Shown here: positions 8,100 to 17,130 of the stretch, piece by piece | Layout: every line of letters begins with the position of its first letter | Numbering within the stretch: the first letter of the stretch is position 1 | NCBI GenBank assembly: GCA_046590985.1 | Contig: JBKJVH010000205.1 | Location: 3,401-67,400 of the forward strand | From: Mycobacteriales bacterium | GTDB lineage: Bacteria > Actinomycetota > Actinomycetes > Mycobacteriales > SCTD01 | DNA length: 64,000 bases | Direction of reading: 5' to 3' | Program-made: the position numbers and the translations under genes | Notes under the pieces: model-generated | Databases searched by the model: none | Told to the model about the DNA's origin: nothing | What the model saw: the letters and a program-made list of their open reading frames with translations, nothing else

Positions 8100-11000
8100 A
8101 TGACGGAGCCGCGGGGGACCGCTGTCGGGCGGCTGGTCCGGATGGGGTTCAGCGACGCTCGTGAGGCGGCGCTTCACCTCACCACCGCGGGGCTCTGGCG
8201 CGACGACCACCCGGTGGACGCGGGTGCCTCGGTGGTGGTGCTGGCGCTGGGGGAGACCCCCGACCCGGACCTCGCAGTGGCCGCGCTGGCCCGGCTGGTG
8301 CCCGCTGTCCGGCAGCCGGGCGAGCTGCTGGTGGGCCTGAAGGAGCGCGAGGGCCTTCGGCAGCGGCTCCTCGGTGTCCTCGGCACCAGCATCGGGCTGG
8401 GCGACCACCTCGCGGAGCACCCTGAGGACTGGTACCTGCTGGCCGACGACGACGTCACGACGGTCCGGCCCTCCCTGTTCGGGCTGCAGTGGCAGCTGCT
8501 CGACGCCGTCGGAGCGCCGCCGGCCAGCCCCTTGCCGTGGGGAAGCGGCGGGGCGAAGGCCCGCGGCGCCGGACCGGACGTCATCGCGTCACTGCGGCAC
8601 GCCTACCGCCGTTGCCTGCTGGCGCTCGCGGCTCGCGACCTGTCCGGCGCGATGGCCGTCGAGGACGTGGCAGCAGAGCTCGCGGACCTTGCCAGCGCGA
8701 CGGTGTCCGCGGGCCTCTCGGTAGCTCTTGCGTCGCTGCCCGAGACGCTGCCCTCGTTCCGGTTGGCCGTGGTCGGGATGGGCAAGTGCGGCGGTCGCGA
8801 GCTCAACTACTGCAGTGATGTCGATGTGGTGTTCGTCGCGGAGGCGATCGACGGTGCCGACGAGCAGGCGGCGTTCCAGGCGGCCACCGGGCTGGCCAGC
8901 AAGATGATGCAGGTCTGCGCCGAGGTCGCCTGGCCGGTCGACGCAGGACTGCGTCCGGAAGGCAAGGCCGGACCGCTCGTCCGGACGCTCGCCAGCCACC
9001 TGGCCTACTACCAGCGCTGGGCCAAGACCTGGGAGTTCCAGGCGCTGCTGAAGGCACGACCGTTGGCCGGTGACCTCGCCCTCGGGCAGGCGTACATCCA
9101 GACCCTCGCCCCGCTGGTGTGGTCCGCCGGTGAGCGCCCTGGGTTTGTCGAGGACATCCAGGCGATGCGCCGCCGGGTCGAGGCCACGCTGCGCGCCGAC
9201 ACTGCGTCCCGGGAGGTGAAGCTCGGCCCCGGTGGGCTGCGCGACGTCGAGTTCTCCGTACAGCTGCTGCAGCTGGTGCACGGCCGTACCGACGACACCG
9301 TCCGGTCGGGCACGACCCTGACGGCGCTGACCCAGCTCGCCGATGGCGGGTACGTCGGACGCGAGGACGCTCGGCACCTGTCCGAGGCGTACCGGTGGCT
9401 GCGGACCGTCGAGCACCGGCTCCAGCTCCACCGGCTGCGCCGTACGCACCTCCTTCCGGCCGAGACCGACGAGGTGGCCTTGCGCCGGCTGGCGCGGTCG
9501 CTCGGTTATCGCGGGGACGTGCTGCCGATGTTCCGGCGCGAGCGGTACGGACACTTCCAGGAGGTCCGGCGGCTGCACGAGAAGCTTTTCTACCGGCCGT
9601 TGCTGGCGGCGGTCGCGCGGCTCCCCGCCTCCGATGCGCGACTCACCCCCCAAGCTGCCCGAGAACGCCTGGTGGCGCTGGGCTTTGACGATCCCGCGAC
9701 CGCCCTGCGGCACCTGGAAGCCCTCACCGAGGGGGTGTCCCGGCGGGCCGCCATCCAGCAGACGCTGCTGCCGGCGATGCTCGGCTGGTTCGCTGACGCG
9801 GCCGACCCCGATCGGGGCCTGCTGTCGTTCCGGCAGGTCTCCGACGCTCTCGGCACCTCGCCGTGGTACCTCCGGCTGCTGCGTGACGAGGGCACTGCCG
9901 CCGAACGGCTCGCCCGGCTGCTCGCCTCGTCGCGCTATGTCGCTGACCTGTTCGTCCGCGCCCCCGACGCGGTCCGGCTGCTCGCCAAGGACGACGACCT
10001 GCTCCCCAGGTCGGCGGAGGCACTCGAGCAATCCTTCCTCGCGGTGGCCAAGCGCCGGGAGGACTGGGAGGCCACTGCAGCGGCGCTGCGAAGCCTGCGG
10101 CGGCACGAGTTGCTGCGGATCGCCTGCGCCGACCTGCTGGGGCTCGCACCCGCCGTCGGCCAGGCCCTCTCGGCGGTGTCGGCGGCGACCATCGCCGGGG
10201 CGTTGGAGGTGGCCACGAGGAAGATCGAGGCCGAGCGCCGGGCGCCGCTGCCGATGCGGCTCGCGGTGGTGGCGATGGGTCGGCTCGGCGGGCTCGAGCA
10301 GGGGTACGGCAGCGACGCCGACGTGCTGTTCGTGCACGAGGCGAACGACGGCGCCACGGAGTCCGCCGCCGCGGCGGCGGCCCATGAGGTGGCCAACGAG
10401 CTGCGACGGCTGCTCTCGCTGCCGGCGCCCGACGCGCCGTTGGAGGTCGATGCCGACCTCCGCCCGGAAGGCCGGCAGGGTCCGCTGACCCGAAGCCTGT
10501 CGTCGTACCAGGCTTACTACGCCCGCTGGTCCCATGTGTGGGAGTCGCAGGCGCTGCTGCGCGCCGCGCCGCTTGCGGGCGACGCCGACGTGGCGGCAAG
10601 GTTCCTGGTCGATATCGCCCCGATCCGCTATCCAGTGGGCGGTCTGGCCCCGGAGCAGCTCGTCGAGATCCGTCGGATCAAGGCTCGGATGGAGAACGAG
10701 CGGATCCCCAAGGGGGCCGACAAGACCCTCGCCCTCAAGCTCGGACTCGGCGGGCTCGCAGACGTGGAGTGGACCGTACAGCTGCTGCAGCTGCAGCACG
10801 GCGCGGAGGTGCCCAGCCTGCGCACCCCGATGACCGTGCCGGCGCTCCGGGCCGCCTCGCAGGCAGGGCTGCTCGCACCGGACGACGCAGCCACTCTGGA
10901 GCAGGCCTGGACCCTGACCTCAAGGGTGCGCGACGTCCTCGTGCTGGTCCGCGGCAAGGCCACCCCCGCCCTGCCCTCGAGCGGTAAGGAGCTCGCGGGG

Positions 11001-11111
11001 GTCGCGCAGGCCCTTGGCTACCCTGCGGGGGCGCAGGGGGAGTTCCTGGACGACTACCGGCGACTGACACGGCGGGCCCGGCTCGTCGTGGAACGGGCCT
11101 TCTACGGCTAG
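8100..11111 (+). CDS. glnE: Bifunctional glutamine synthetase adenylyltransferase/deadenylylase
   Basis: Two nucleotidyltransferase domains: MGKCGGRELNYCSDVD...LRPEGKAGPL...KLGPGGLRDVEF and MGRLGG...SDAD...LRPEGRQGPL...GGLADVEW. Confidence 0.95.
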   Translation: MTEPRGTAVGRLVRMGFSDAREAALHLTTAGLWRDDHPVDAGASVVVLALGETPDPDLAVAALARLVPAVRQPGELLVGLKEREGLRQRLLGVLGTSIGLGDHLAEHPEDWYLLADDDVTTVRPSLFGLQWQLLDAVGAPPASPLPWGSGGAKARGAGPDVIASLRHAYRRCLLALAARDLSGAMAVEDVAAELADLASATVSAGLSVALASLPETLPSFRLAVVGMGKCGGRELNYCSDVDVVFVAEAIDGADEQAAFQAATGLASKMMQVCAEVAWPVDAGLRPEGKAGPLVRTLASHLAYYQRWAKTWEFQALLKARPLAGDLALGQAYIQTLAPLVWSAGERPGFVEDIQAMRRRVEATLRADTASREVKLGPGGLRDVEFSVQLLQLVHGRTDDTVRSGTTLTALTQLADGGYVGREDARHLSEAYRWLRTVEHRLQLHRLRRTHLLPAETDEVALRRLARSLGYRGDVLPMFRRERYGHFQEVRRLHEKLFYRPLLAAVARLPASDARLTPQAARERLVALGFDDPATALRHLEALTEGVSRRAAIQQTLLPAMLGWFADAADPDRGLLSFRQVSDALGTSPWYLRLLRDEGTAAERLARLLASSRYVADLFVRAPDAVRLLAKDDDLLPRSAEALEQSFLAVAKRREDWEATAAALRSLRRHELLRIACADLLGLAPAVGQALSAVSAATIAGALEVATRKIEAERRAPLPMRLAVVAMGRLGGLEQGYGSDADVLFVHEANDGATESAAAAAAHEVANELRRLLSLPAPDAPLEVDADLRPEGRQGPLTRSLSSYQAYYARWSHVWESQALLRAAPLAGDADVAARFLVDIAPIRYPVGGLAPEQLVEIRRIKARMENERIPKGADKTLALKLGLGGLADVEWTVQLLQLQHGAEVPSLRTPMTVPALRAASQAGLLAPDDAATLEQAWTLTSRVRDVLVLVRGKATPALPSSGKELAGVAQALGYPAGAQGEFLDDYRRLTRRARLVVERAFYG

Positions 11112-11134
11112 CCCCACCAGAGGAGACACCACAC

Positions 11135-12061
11135 ATGAGCACCCGCAACGTGCCGGTCGCCAGCACCCGCTTCCTGCTGCGCGAGGAAGGCGCCGGCGAC
11201 GGCACCCCGGTGCTGCTGCTGCACGGCGTACCCGAGACCTCGTCGGCCTGGCGTCAGATCCAGCCGGCGCTGGCCGCCGGCCGCCGGGTGCTGGCCCCCG
11301 ACCTCCCCGGCCTCGGCGGTTCCTCCTACAGCGGCCCCTACGACGTGCCCTCGGTCGTCGCGCAGATCGTCGCGCTGCTCGACGCCGAGCTCCCGGGTCA
11401 GCGGGTGGATGTGGTCGGGCACGACTGGGGGACGTCGATCGCGTTGGGCCTGGCCGGTGCCCACCCCGACCGGGTGCGCCGCCTCGCCGTCTCCAACGGG
11501 GTGTACCGGCATGTCAACCTGCTGCGCGCGGTGCACATCCCGCTGTTCGCGCTGCCGTTCGCCCCCGAGCTGCTCTTCCGACTGGGAGGCAAGCGCATCG
11601 TGGACGGGATGCTCTCGCTGGCCTGGAAGAACGACGACGCCGTGCTCGACCCTGAGGTCCGGGCCGAGTACACCGCTGCCTACACCGACCCGGCGCGCGT
11701 GACCGCGATGCTCGGGTACTACCGGGCCGCCGCGCGACCGCGGATCGCTGCGGCCTTCACCCGCGCGAAAGTGGCCGGTCCGCCCAAGGTCTCGGCGGAG
11801 AAGATGCTGGTGTTCTGGGGAGCCGCAGACCCCGTCCTGCCCGTCTCGGTCGGGGAGTCGATCGTCAAGGACCTCGGCGCCAGCTGCGACATGGTGACGA
11901 TCCCCGGCGCCGGGCACTTCGTCCTCGAGGAGGCGACTGCCGTCGTCATCGAGACCCTTCAGGCCTTCCTGGGGAATGAGCCCGCCAAGAAGGCCCCCGC
12001 CAAGAAGGCCCCCGCCAGGAAGACACCCGCCAAGAAGGCAGCGCCCCCTGAGACGGCCTGA
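11135..12061 (+). CDS. Alpha/beta hydrolase (epoxide hydrolase-like) with a C-terminal PAKKA-repeat tail
   Basis: LLHGVPE, GHDWG (Asp nucleophile), GAGHFVLEE; AGGAG RBS. Confidence 0.88.
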   Translation: MSTRNVPVASTRFLLREEGAGDGTPVLLLHGVPETSSAWRQIQPALAAGRRVLAPDLPGLGGSSYSGPYDVPSVVAQIVALLDAELPGQRVDVVGHDWGTSIALGLAGAHPDRVRRLAVSNGVYRHVNLLRAVHIPLFALPFAPELLFRLGGKRIVDGMLSLAWKNDDAVLDPEVRAEYTAAYTDPARVTAMLGYYRAAARPRIAAAFTRAKVAGPPKVSAEKMLVFWGAADPVLPVSVGESIVKDLGASCDMVTIPGAGHFVLEEATAVVIETLQAFLGNEPAKKAPAKKAPARKTPAKKAAPPETA

Positions 12062-13520
12062 CCGCGTCGCCGGCCTGGTCGCGCTCGTCCTTGGCCTGTT
12101 GCACCTGCTGCTGGCACCGCTGTCCGGCACCGACCTGGCGGCACAGCTCGAACGGGCCTCCTTCGCGCGCGCCGCGCCCTTCACACCCGTCGACCTCAGT
12201 TGGTACGCCGGCGTCCATCCCTACGGCTACTCGCTGCTCGCCCCCTGGGTGATGGCGCTGCTCGGCGTCGGCCTCACTGGGCTGCTGGCGGCGGTGGCGG
12301 GGGCGGCCCTGCTGGCCAGGCTGCTCGAGCGTACCGAGCACCCGACAGCCGCCGGAGTCGTCGGGGCGGTGCTGCTGGTCGCGGACGTCGTCAGCGGCCG
12401 CACCACGTTCGCGCTCGGTGCGGTGGCAGCCCTCGCCGCCCTGGTTGTCCTGCCGCACCGCGGACGGGCGGTGGTCCTCGCGGTCCTGACCGGGCTGCTC
12501 AGCCCGGTCGCGGCGGCCTTCCTCGGGTTCGCCGCGGCGCTGCTGGTGCTGCACCGCAGGCCAGGTGGCTGGACGCTCGGCGTAGCCGCCAGTGTCCCGG
12601 TGGTGCTGCTCGCGGTGCTGTTCCCCGGCGGCGGCATCCAGCCCTTCGATGCGCAAGCGGCGCTGCCCGCCGTGCTCGCCGGCCTCGGACTGGCGGCGCT
12701 GACGACCGAGCCCGTGGTCCGCACCGGCGCGCTGCTCTGGACCCTCGCCGTGCTCGTGCTCGTGAACCACGACGACCCGTTCGGGAGCAACGTGCTGCGC
12801 CTCGGCATCGTGCTCTCGGCCAGCCTGGTGCTCGCCACCTCGCGGGTCCGCGGACCGGTTCTGGCTGCTGCCGTGATGGCCTGCCTGGCCTGGCAGCTCG
12901 ACCCCACACACGGCGACCTGCAGGCTCTGAGCGGTCCACGCACCGACGGCCTCACGGCCGAGCTGGTACGCCTTGACAGCCGCCGGGCCGAGGTGGCGGC
13001 CCCCCTGAACCACCGGGAGGCGTGGAAGGTGGCTGAGCGCATCCCGCTGGCCCGGGGTTGGTCGCGCCAGATCGACCTCCAGCAGAACCCCTTGTTCTAC
13101 CGGGAGAAGCTGTCGGCCTCAGCGTTCACGGCCTGGCTCCGGGACAACGCGGTGGACACCGTCGCCGTGCCGCGCCGAGGCCAGATCGACTTCGGCAGCA
13201 CGACGGAGGTGGCGCTGCTGAAGCACCCCGTCAGGGGCTTGGAGCGGGTGTGGCAGGACGCCGACTGGTCGGTGTACCGGGTGGTCGATCCGCGGCCGAT
13301 CGCCAGCGCCCCGGCCGTGGTGGTCCGGTCGACCCGGACGGAGCTTCGGCTCCGGTCGGACCAGCCGGCGACGGTCGACGTCCAGGTGCGGTGGTCCCGG
13401 TGGCTCAGTCTGGAGGGCGCAGGTTGCCTGGTCCGGCACGGCGACCGGGTCCGGATCCGTTTCCCAGGCGCCGGACTGGTCAGCCTGACGAGCAGCCTCC
13501 GACCCTCAGGTCGTTGCTAG
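11976..13520 (+). CDS. Polytopic membrane protein (possible GT-C-type glycosyltransferase)
   Basis: About 10 hydrophobic segments; DLAAQ...SWYAGVHPYGYSLLAP; C-terminal soluble domain LARGWSRQID. Start uncertain. Confidence 0.6.
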   Translation: MSPPRRPPPRRPPPGRHPPRRQRPLRRPDRVAGLVALVLGLLHLLLAPLSGTDLAAQLERASFARAAPFTPVDLSWYAGVHPYGYSLLAPWVMALLGVGLTGLLAAVAGAALLARLLERTEHPTAAGVVGAVLLVADVVSGRTTFALGAVAALAALVVLPHRGRAVVLAVLTGLLSPVAAAFLGFAAALLVLHRRPGGWTLGVAASVPVVLLAVLFPGGGIQPFDAQAALPAVLAGLGLAALTTEPVVRTGALLWTLAVLVLVNHDDPFGSNVLRLGIVLSASLVLATSRVRGPVLAAAVMACLAWQLDPTHGDLQALSGPRTDGLTAELVRLDSRRAEVAAPLNHREAWKVAERIPLARGWSRQIDLQQNPLFYREKLSASAFTAWLRDNAVDTVAVPRRGQIDFGSTTEVALLKHPVRGLERVWQDADWSVYRVVDPRPIASAPAVVVRSTRTELRLRSDQPATVDVQVRWSRWLSLEGAGCLVRHGDRVRIRFPGAGLVSLTSSLRPSGRC

Positions 13521-13931
13521 CGGCCGCTTGTAGCCGATGATGTGGGCGTAGTGCGGCCGGGCCGCGAACTCCGCCCAGGTCCACAGCGCAGGGACACCGA
13601 CCTCGGCGCACAGGTGAAGCACCTCGGTGTCGCTGACCACCACGCCGACGTGGGCCCCCCAGGCCTGCTCCCGCTCGTGGAACAGCACGAGGTCCAGCGG
13701 TCGGGGCGCCAGGACGACCGTGGTGGCGTCGGTGTCACGCCAGAGCTCGGCGGACCGCACGTCAGGGATCTGGAACCCGAACTGGGCCAGCACCTCGTAG
13801 GCGAACAGGTGGCAGTTCCCGCCGCCCGGCAGCGCCGAACGGGGGACCGCCCCGGGGTAGCGATCAGGGACATAAGGGACTTTCCAGAACCACGCGGGGA
13901 GGTCCCGGAGCAGCGCCGGCACGGTGTCCAT
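13506..13931 (-). CDS. NlpC/P60-like (papain-fold) hydrolase
   Basis: GGNCHLFAY (Cys), DLVLF, AHVGV, VLHL; TACTCT 6 nt upstream of the ATG. Confidence 0.65.
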   Translation of the reverse strand: MDTVPALLRDLPAWFWKVPYVPDRYPGAVPRSALPGGGNCHLFAYEVLAQFGFQIPDVRSAELWRDTDATTVVLAPRPLDLVLFHEREQAWGAHVGVVVSDTEVLHLCAEVGVPALWTWAEFAARPHYAHIIGYKRPLATT

Positions 13932-13970
13932 CGCAGGAGAGTAGGTCACGTTGGTCGCGAACGGTACGAC

Positions 13971-14774
13971 TCAGGAGGAGGAGATCTCGAAGAACGCCCG
14001 ATCCTGCAGCGGCGTGAACCCGAGGCGGCGGTAGAGCGCGTTGCTCGTCGGGTTGGTCAGGTCGGTGATGAGCACCAGGTCCGAGACGCCCTGGTCCAGC
14101 GCGAGCTGGCACATCGCGGCCGTCGCAGCGCCGCCGTACCCGTTCCGACGGTGCTCGACCGGGGTGTAGACCGGGCCGATCCGGACCATCCCGAAGGCGG
14201 TCCGGGTGCGGCCGGCCATGGCGACCCTGCCGCCGTCCTCCCACAGCACGAAGCCGTTCCAGGTCAGTCGCTTGCGGACCTCGACCTCGGCGTCGCTGCC
14301 GACCACACCGGACTCGGTCACGAAGCGGTGCCACCAGGGCACCAGCACGTCGAGGTCGTCCAGCGTCGCCGCGCGGGCAGCCCCGGCGACGTCCGGGTGC
14401 TCCAGCGTCGTGAGCTGGTGCAGGCGCTCGGCCGAGCGCAGGGTCACGGTCCGCCCGCGGGCCGCCACCGCCGCCACCTGCGCCGCCAGCGCCGTTGCCC
14501 CGAACACCGCCTGCGGCTCGAAGAGCTCGATGAGGCCGGGGATGGCGCGGTCGGGCACCACCGACAGCATCACCGGGTACGGCGGGGTCTGCGAGGCTGC
14601 GCCGGTCACGTCGCCGGAACCGTCGTCCCACCAGGCGAAGCGGGTGCCGTCCGGCTGGTGCCGCACGTTCTCCGCGACCGTCAGGGCGACGGTGTGACGG
14701 GCCGGATCGGCGAAGAGCAGGTCGCCGGTCGCGGCGAGGTACTGCTCGACGTCGGCGGTCTCGAACCAGGTCAG
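13971..14774 (-). CDS. GNAT family N-acetyltransferase (probable CTG start)
   Basis: RIGPVYTPVEHRRNGYGG, TDLTNPTSNALYRRLGF; the only plausible start at the junction with the upstream stop is CTG. Confidence 0.8.
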   Translation of the reverse strand: MTWFETADVEQYLAATGDLLFADPARHTVALTVAENVRHQPDGTRFAWWDDGSGDVTGAASQTPPYPVMLSVVPDRAIPGLIELFEPQAVFGATALAAQVAAVAARGRTVTLRSAERLHQLTTLEHPDVAGAARAATLDDLDVLVPWWHRFVTESGVVGSDAEVEVRKRLTWNGFVLWEDGGRVAMAGRTRTAFGMVRIGPVYTPVEHRRNGYGGAATAAMCQLALDQGVSDLVLITDLTNPTSNALYRRLGFTPLQDRAFFEISSS

Positions 14775-15346
14775 GGCTGGGCCGCCTTCGGGGTGTTGCC
14801 GCGCTTGAGCAACCTTGCGGCACCGGGGATGCCGGCCAGCAGGGCGCCCACGTCGGCGACGGTGCCGTCGAGGTGGTGGACGTGCACGCCGAGCTGGGCC
14901 ACCACCGGGACGAGGCCCTCCAGCGAGGCGAGCGCCGGGAGCAGCTCTGCCTCGATGGTGTTGATGAGCTGCGGCAGCGACCGAACAGCACCCGTGGCGT
15001 CGTCGACGAGCGCCGGGTCGAGCCGGCGGACCCCGGCCAGGAGCAGCCCGAGGTCGTTGAGCAGCGGTGTGATCGTGGCGAGCACCGCGAGGTCGAGACC
15101 AGCGAGCACCTCCACCGCCGGCTGCACCTTGCCAAGCGTGGTGGCGGCATCGCCGACGACGGTGTCGACCCCGGTCGTGAGCCCGTCGGCGCGCTCCAGG
15201 ACCTCGCGGATCCGGTCGGGGATGCCGTCGACGTCGTCCAGGAGCTTCAGCGCCCGCACCGCCACCGCGGACAGGTTCTCGATGAGTGGCTCGACCGCCT
15301 GCACCAGCGTCAGAGGCAGCCGGACTAGAGGTGCCACGGTTCCCAT
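14771..15346 (-). CDS. Hypothetical Leu/Val/Ala-rich helical protein
   Basis: High-GC codon pattern and amphipathic heptad-like sequence; no motif recognised. Confidence 0.6.
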   Translation of the reverse strand: MGTVAPLVRLPLTLVQAVEPLIENLSAVAVRALKLLDDVDGIPDRIREVLERADGLTTGVDTVVGDAATTLGKVQPAVEVLAGLDLAVLATITPLLNDLGLLLAGVRRLDPALVDDATGAVRSLPQLINTIEAELLPALASLEGLVPVVAQLGVHVHHLDGTVADVGALLAGIPGAARLLKRGNTPKAAQP

Positions 15347-15421
15347 GAGCCTGCCCAGCACGGTGTCCCTCTCGTCGTGGTCTGGGGGGAAACCTAGCCC
15401 GTCCACGACTATCCTGGGCCA

Positions 15422-16309
15422 GTGCTGCGTCCCCGACTTGTGCTGGTGGCGCTGGCCCTCGCCGGCTGTGCCGGGCACGCGGTCGACCCGGTGGCGGTGG
15501 TGAGTCCCCACGCCACTCGAGCGCCCGTCGGTTCCGCCCCGGTCCCCACTCCGAGACCCACGCCGACCCACCGTGCGCCACAGCCCCTGGTCCAGGGTGC
15601 GGACATCTCCTGGCCGAGCTGTCCGGTGGGGACCCCGGGGGCGCTGCCCAAGAAGCCGGGCAAGGGCCTGCCACTCCCGGGCCCCGACGCGCAGTTCGTG
15701 GTGATCGGCCTGACGAACGGGCCCGGCTTCTACCCCAACCCCTGCCTGGCCTGGGAGGTCGCGGATGCCAAGAAGCGCCACCTGCGTACCGCCGCCTACG
15801 CCTTCACCACCCTGCCCAACCCGGCGCAGGTCCTGCAGTACGGCGGCAGCGGCCCGTACTCGTCCAAGACCAGGTTGGGCCGGGTGCGCAATGCCGCGCA
15901 CGCCGAGGCCCGCATCAACCTGGACAGCCTGCGGCGCGCCCACCTCGCCACGCCGATCATCTGGATGGACGTCGAGCCGCAGCCCTACCTCGAGCCGTGG
16001 GGTGCTGACGTCGTGACCAACCGCGCGGTGCTGTTCGCCGTCCAGAAGGCCTACCGGGCAGCGGGTTACCTCACCGGGTTCTACTCCTCGGCGACTCCCT
16101 GGCGCACCATCACGGGGGACCTTCAGGACCCGTCGCCGACCTGGGTCAGCGCCGGTCCGAGGGGGCAGGCCACCGCCCGGGCGATGTGCGCCGCGCCGTC
16201 CTTCAGCGGGGGAGTGCCGGTGCTGGCGCAGTGGTGGCCCGACGACGTCCGGGACCTTGACCTGACTTGCGATCCGGCGCAAGCAGCGCGGTACTTCGCC
16301 CGGACCTGA
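15422..16309 (+). CDS. Lipoprotein with a GH25/muramidase-like TIM-barrel domain
   Basis: Lipobox LALAGC; GADISWPSC, WMDVE, GFYSS...W, VLAQW...DLDLTC. Confidence 0.7.
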   Translation: MLRPRLVLVALALAGCAGHAVDPVAVVSPHATRAPVGSAPVPTPRPTPTHRAPQPLVQGADISWPSCPVGTPGALPKKPGKGLPLPGPDAQFVVIGLTNGPGFYPNPCLAWEVADAKKRHLRTAAYAFTTLPNPAQVLQYGGSGPYSSKTRLGRVRNAAHAEARINLDSLRRAHLATPIIWMDVEPQPYLEPWGADVVTNRAVLFAVQKAYRAAGYLTGFYSSATPWRTITGDLQDPSPTWVSAGPRGQATARAMCAAPSFSGGVPVLAQWWPDDVRDLDLTCDPAQAARYFART

Positions 16310-16362
16310 CCTGCCGGTGTCTCACGCTCATGGTTTGGCCACGACGCGCCGATGAGGGCCGC

Positions 16363-17130
16363 ATGGACCACCAGCCGTTCCTTCGGGTCGCCGCGCACCG
16401 CGCCCCGGTCACCGCTGTCTACGGGGGCGGTGGTGTCTTCGGGATCGCGTACGGGCTGGGGGTTGCCCACGCGCTCGTGGACGCGGGCGTGCCGTTGGCG
16501 ACCTGCGAGGCCCTCGGTACGTCAGCGGGCTCCTGGGTCGCGAGCTGCCTGGCCACCGGCACCGGCTTTGACGTGATGAGCCAGCTCGCGGGGGTACGCG
16601 TCCCGCAGCTCCGGCCCGGCTTCCTGAGGGGGGTGGCGTCCGAGGTCTTCGGCGAGCGCACCGACCCGCGGGTCCGCGCCAGCGTCGTGAAGCTGCCCTA
16701 CCGACGCGAGCTGCTGTCCGGGCTGCCGCTCGCGGACCTGGTCGCGGCGTCCTCCTCCGTCCCCGGCCTGTTCGCCCCCGCCCGGATCGGCAAGGGCCTG
16801 TACGTCGACGGAGGTGTCCGCTCGATGGCTTCGGCCCACCTGGCGCCGCCGGCGGACCACCTGCTTGTCATCGCCCCGATCGCCGGTCCGGTGATGGGTC
16901 CGGGCGGTCGGGCGCTGGCCCTGCTGCTGACAGATTCGACCCGTCGCTGGGAACGTCGCACCGGTGGCCGGGCACATGTGATCCGGCCCGACGCGGCGAT
17001 CGCGGCACTGGCCAACTCGCCGCACCACCTGTTCGACAAGGCACGGGCGCTGGAGGTCTACCCGCTGGCGTACGCCCAGGGTGCGCGGCTGATGTCGAGT
17101 CGACCGAACCTCAGCCGGCTCGCCGCGTAG
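16363..17130 (+). CDS. Patatin-like phospholipase
   Basis: GGGGVFG, GTSAG, ASSSVPG, DGG. Confidence 0.88.
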   Translation: MDHQPFLRVAAHRAPVTAVYGGGGVFGIAYGLGVAHALVDAGVPLATCEALGTSAGSWVASCLATGTGFDVMSQLAGVRVPQLRPGFLRGVASEVFGERTDPRVRASVVKLPYRRELLSGLPLADLVAASSSVPGLFAPARIGKGLYVDGGVRSMASAHLAPPADHLLVIAPIAGPVMGPGGRALALLLTDSTRRWERRTGGRAHVIRPDAAIAALANSPHHLFDKARALEVYPLAYAQGARLMSSRPNLSRLAA

